26,417 nucleotides of DNA from a virus (taxonomy: Duplodnaviria; Caudoviricetes): IMG/VR virus record IMGVR_UViG_3300022666_000338, positions 1 to 26,417 of that record; one strand, given 5' to 3'. Positions within the stretch are counted from its first letter, which is position 1. Each line of letters begins with the position of its first letter. The notes under the pieces were generated by a model that saw only the letters and a program-made list of their open reading frames with translations, had not been told where the DNA came from and did no database searches. The translations under genes and the position numbers were made by a program. This document shows positions 24,637 through 26,417 of the stretch, piece after piece.

Positions 24637-25467
24637 TTAGACGGCTGCCGCGACTTTGGTTCGCGCGGTCTCGAGAGCCTGATTAGGATTGACCTGTGGC
24701 TTGGCTGGCGCGGGCGGAGTTGCCGGTGCTTCTGCCTTTGGTTCCGCAGTCACGGGTTTCTTCGACCACGCGTAACTTTCGGTGCCGTGAACCGCTTTGA
24801 TGATCTTTGCAAAGTCCGGCTCGATGATTTTTCCGAGCTGGCCGGTGCGGTCTTTGGCCGTGAACTTGTCCGATGACGGATCCACGAATATGACGCGCTT
24901 GGATTCGCCGTCAGCTGTTTGAACGACCGTCATGTAACCGACTACGTCGACCATGTTCACGATGTCCTTGGATACCTTGGTCGTGATAAGCGGACGCAAA
25001 AGCACCCGATCTTCGTCGGGCTTATCGTCCACATGCGCTACCAACAGAACGTGCATGCCGGAATCCCGGAGCACTTTCACATAATCGCGCATGGTTTTTC
25101 TGAGCCATCCCCAACCGGCTTGGCTGGGAGAGCCATCCTTCTGTACGAGTTTGGAGTCACCCAATGCGACCATGTGGCGCATGAGCTTTTCCATGAGTTC
25201 TCCGATCGGGTCGATCACGGCGGTTTCGTACCCGCTTTTTTTGAGAGCCTCGGTGTACTCCCGCATGTCCGCCCATTTCTCGACGTGAGCCACGTCGAGT
25301 TTGATCCCGCGCAACCCGAAATACTTGGAACCGTTCTCGCAATCCGCCATGAGCGGTTTTGGAGCGGTCGATGCGAACGTTGATTTACCGACTCCGCCTT
25401 CGCCATACACGAGCATGACGAGGGGAGGTTTCACCGACGGATCGCCGGTGTTGATGATTTTGAGCAT
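24637..25467 (-). CDS. Sak4-like AAA ATPase recombinase
   Basis: Walker A YGEGGVGKST, AVIDPI, LLVAH, DVVGYM, AKDR. Start MLKIINTG has an AGAGGA RBS. Confidence 0.85.
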   Translation of the reverse strand: MLKIINTGDPSVKPPLVMLVYGEGGVGKSTFASTAPKPLMADCENGSKYFGLRGIKLDVAHVEKWADMREYTEALKKSGYETAVIDPIGELMEKLMRHMVALGDSKLVQKDGSPSQAGWGWLRKTMRDYVKVLRDSGMHVLLVAHVDDKPDEDRVLLRPLITTKVSKDIVNMVDVVGYMTVVQTADGESKRVIFVDPSSDKFTAKDRTGQLGKIIEPDFAKIIKAVHGTESYAWSKKPVTAEPKAEAPATPPAPAKPQVNPNQALETARTKVAAAV

Positions 25468-25499
25468 AGATATTTGTCCTCTAAGAATGAATTGAATAA

Positions 25500-25790
25500 G
25501 TCCTCGAATTGCCGGATGAACCGCCGGCACGGTCGACCTTTTGGGGCGGCCTTGTGTCCCCGCGTGGTGTCCGGTCCATGCTTGGCAGGTGCGGTTTCAA
25601 TGAACCCGCCCAGCCCTACCGGACACCGCGCCAAAACGAAAAGCCGCTGATTGACAGCGGCTTCGCGGTGGGCGGTATTTCTGCTATCCTAGATACAGAA
25701 AAACCGCCCACCCCTTAAAGGAGTGGACGGTATAAATCGGCTAGAATTGGCCGATTTTTGCGTCACGTAAGTTGATTTGTGCGACGCTTG
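25500..25790 (-). ncRNA. Highly structured non-coding leader / candidate regulatory RNA upstream of the early operon
   Basis: At least six adjacent inverted repeats (25510-25529, 25566-25627, 25641-25663, 25667-25712, 25734-25757, 25760-25787); no convincing ORF. Confidence 0.5.
25633..25663 (-). terminator. Intrinsic terminator / attenuator inside the early leader
   Basis: Minus strand AAGCCGCTG-TCAAT-CAGCGGCTT-TTCGTTTT. Confidence 0.7.
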
Positions 25791-25841
25791 ATAGAATATA
25801 TACAAAACCGCTTTTACCGCCGCCGCTCCTCTACCCTTCCG

Positions 25842-25859
25842 CGATTTTCCGGAAAATCG
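25842..25859. promoter_or_regulatory. Perfect 18-bp palindrome, operator candidate
   Basis: CGATTTTCCGGAAAATCG between divergent transcription units. Confidence 0.45.
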
Positions 25860-25974
25860 TCTGTCCTAAATTCGGTCCCGTTTATGTGTCGATGAAGGAA
25901 AAATATCGATGCGAAAAAATAAATTTATTTCCGGCTCCTTTGATAAACCTATTTTGATTTATTCCCTGGGTTCC

Positions 25975-26003
25975 TTGACCTTTGCCGCAAACCGCACTAA
26001 CCT
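25975..26003 (+). promoter_or_regulatory. Sigma70-type promoter for the rightward gene
   Basis: TTGACC-N17-TAACCT, followed by GGAGG at 26025-26029. Confidence 0.55.
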
Positions 26004-26033
26004 CTCCCCCGCGCCCCTTCACCTGGAGGCAAG

Positions 26034-26417
26034 ATGGACGCCTATCGACGCGCCGAAGAGCTGATGGATTTTGTCCGTCTTGTCCATCGCGATCGGCAAT
26101 TCAAGGTTTACGCCAAAGACTTGGATAAGTTGTTCCGCTTAGTCAGCCCGTATGCCTTTATCGACCCGACCCTGGGCTCTGAAGTCGACTGGGAGAGGCT
26201 CAGTTCGTTCTGCGAATATTTCCTGGTCAAATGGCGGTTCGATCCCCGGCAGTCGGTCCAGCGGACGGTCCTGCCCAGCGCCTTGTATGAGCTGGCTTGG
26301 CTGACGCATGCGGAAGGCTATCGGCGGGCGCTCCTGCGCAGCATCGCGCATTCGTTCGCGGCTTACGCGGCATACGGCCTGCCCGAGACCCTCAGGCCGC
26401 CGCCGGCCAAGCCTTGA
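26034..26417 (+). CDS. Hypothetical protein (127 aa), divergent from the phage early operon
   Basis: GGAGG RBS, upstream promoter match, complete ORF; no family recognised. Confidence 0.75.
   Translation: MDAYRRAEELMDFVRLVHRDRQFKVYAKDLDKLFRLVSPYAFIDPTLGSEVDWERLSSFCEYFLVKWRFDPRQSVQRTVLPSALYELAWLTHAEGYRRALLRSIAHSFAAYAAYGLPETLRPPPAKP

Larger units (their letters stand above)
189..25800 (-). mobile_element. Siphovirus-like (HK97-type head, non-contractile tail) prophage or phage genome segment
   Basis: Contiguous co-oriented recombination, replication, methylase, terminase, head, tail and lysis genes. No sheath gene; G/GT chaperone, TMP and Dit present. Boundaries approximate; no att site or integrase seen. 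Confidence 0.95.

Noticed and set aside
25561-25632. tRNA-sized stem-enclosed element
   Set aside because: No D-arm or T-arm (TTCGA) consensus or cloverleaf; kept only as part of the structured leader.
25651-25681. Perfect TTGACA on the + strand in the terminator loop region
   Set aside because: The best -10 (TATTTC) is 19 nt away and weak; insufficient to call an antisense promoter.

Overview
Almost the whole window (about 189-25800) is one compact, minus-strand tailed-phage (siphovirus-like) genome or prophage. From right to left it runs: structured non-coding control region; Sak4-type recombination module (AAA ATPase, PD-(D/E)XK nuclease, SSB-like protein); replication initiator; VRR-NUC nuclease; two DNA methyltransferases; terminase; portal fused to a MuF domain; HK97-type protease and capsid; decoration, neck and tail-tube genes; a lysis cassette plus a lower-GC ImmA/IrrE + membrane-protein insert sitting inside the tail module; a tail chaperone with a -1 frameshift; tape measure, Dit, collar-containing fibre and hub. 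I recognise no integrase, repressor, helicase, sigma factor or late activator. The most striking unexplained signal is a bipartite motif found five times, each directly upstream of a middle/late gene block. It is a DnaA-box-like 9-mer (TGTGGATAA, 0-1 mismatch), exactly 27 nt, a (T/G)AYGCT -10-like hexamer, then 6-10 nt to the ATG. This suggests leaderless late promoters activated by host DnaA or a DnaA-box-binding factor. Most gene starts lack Shine-Dalgarno sites and use stop-T-ATG junctions, which hints at a Patescibacteria/CPR-type host (inference). All product calls come from motif recognition and synteny by eye, with no database searches.
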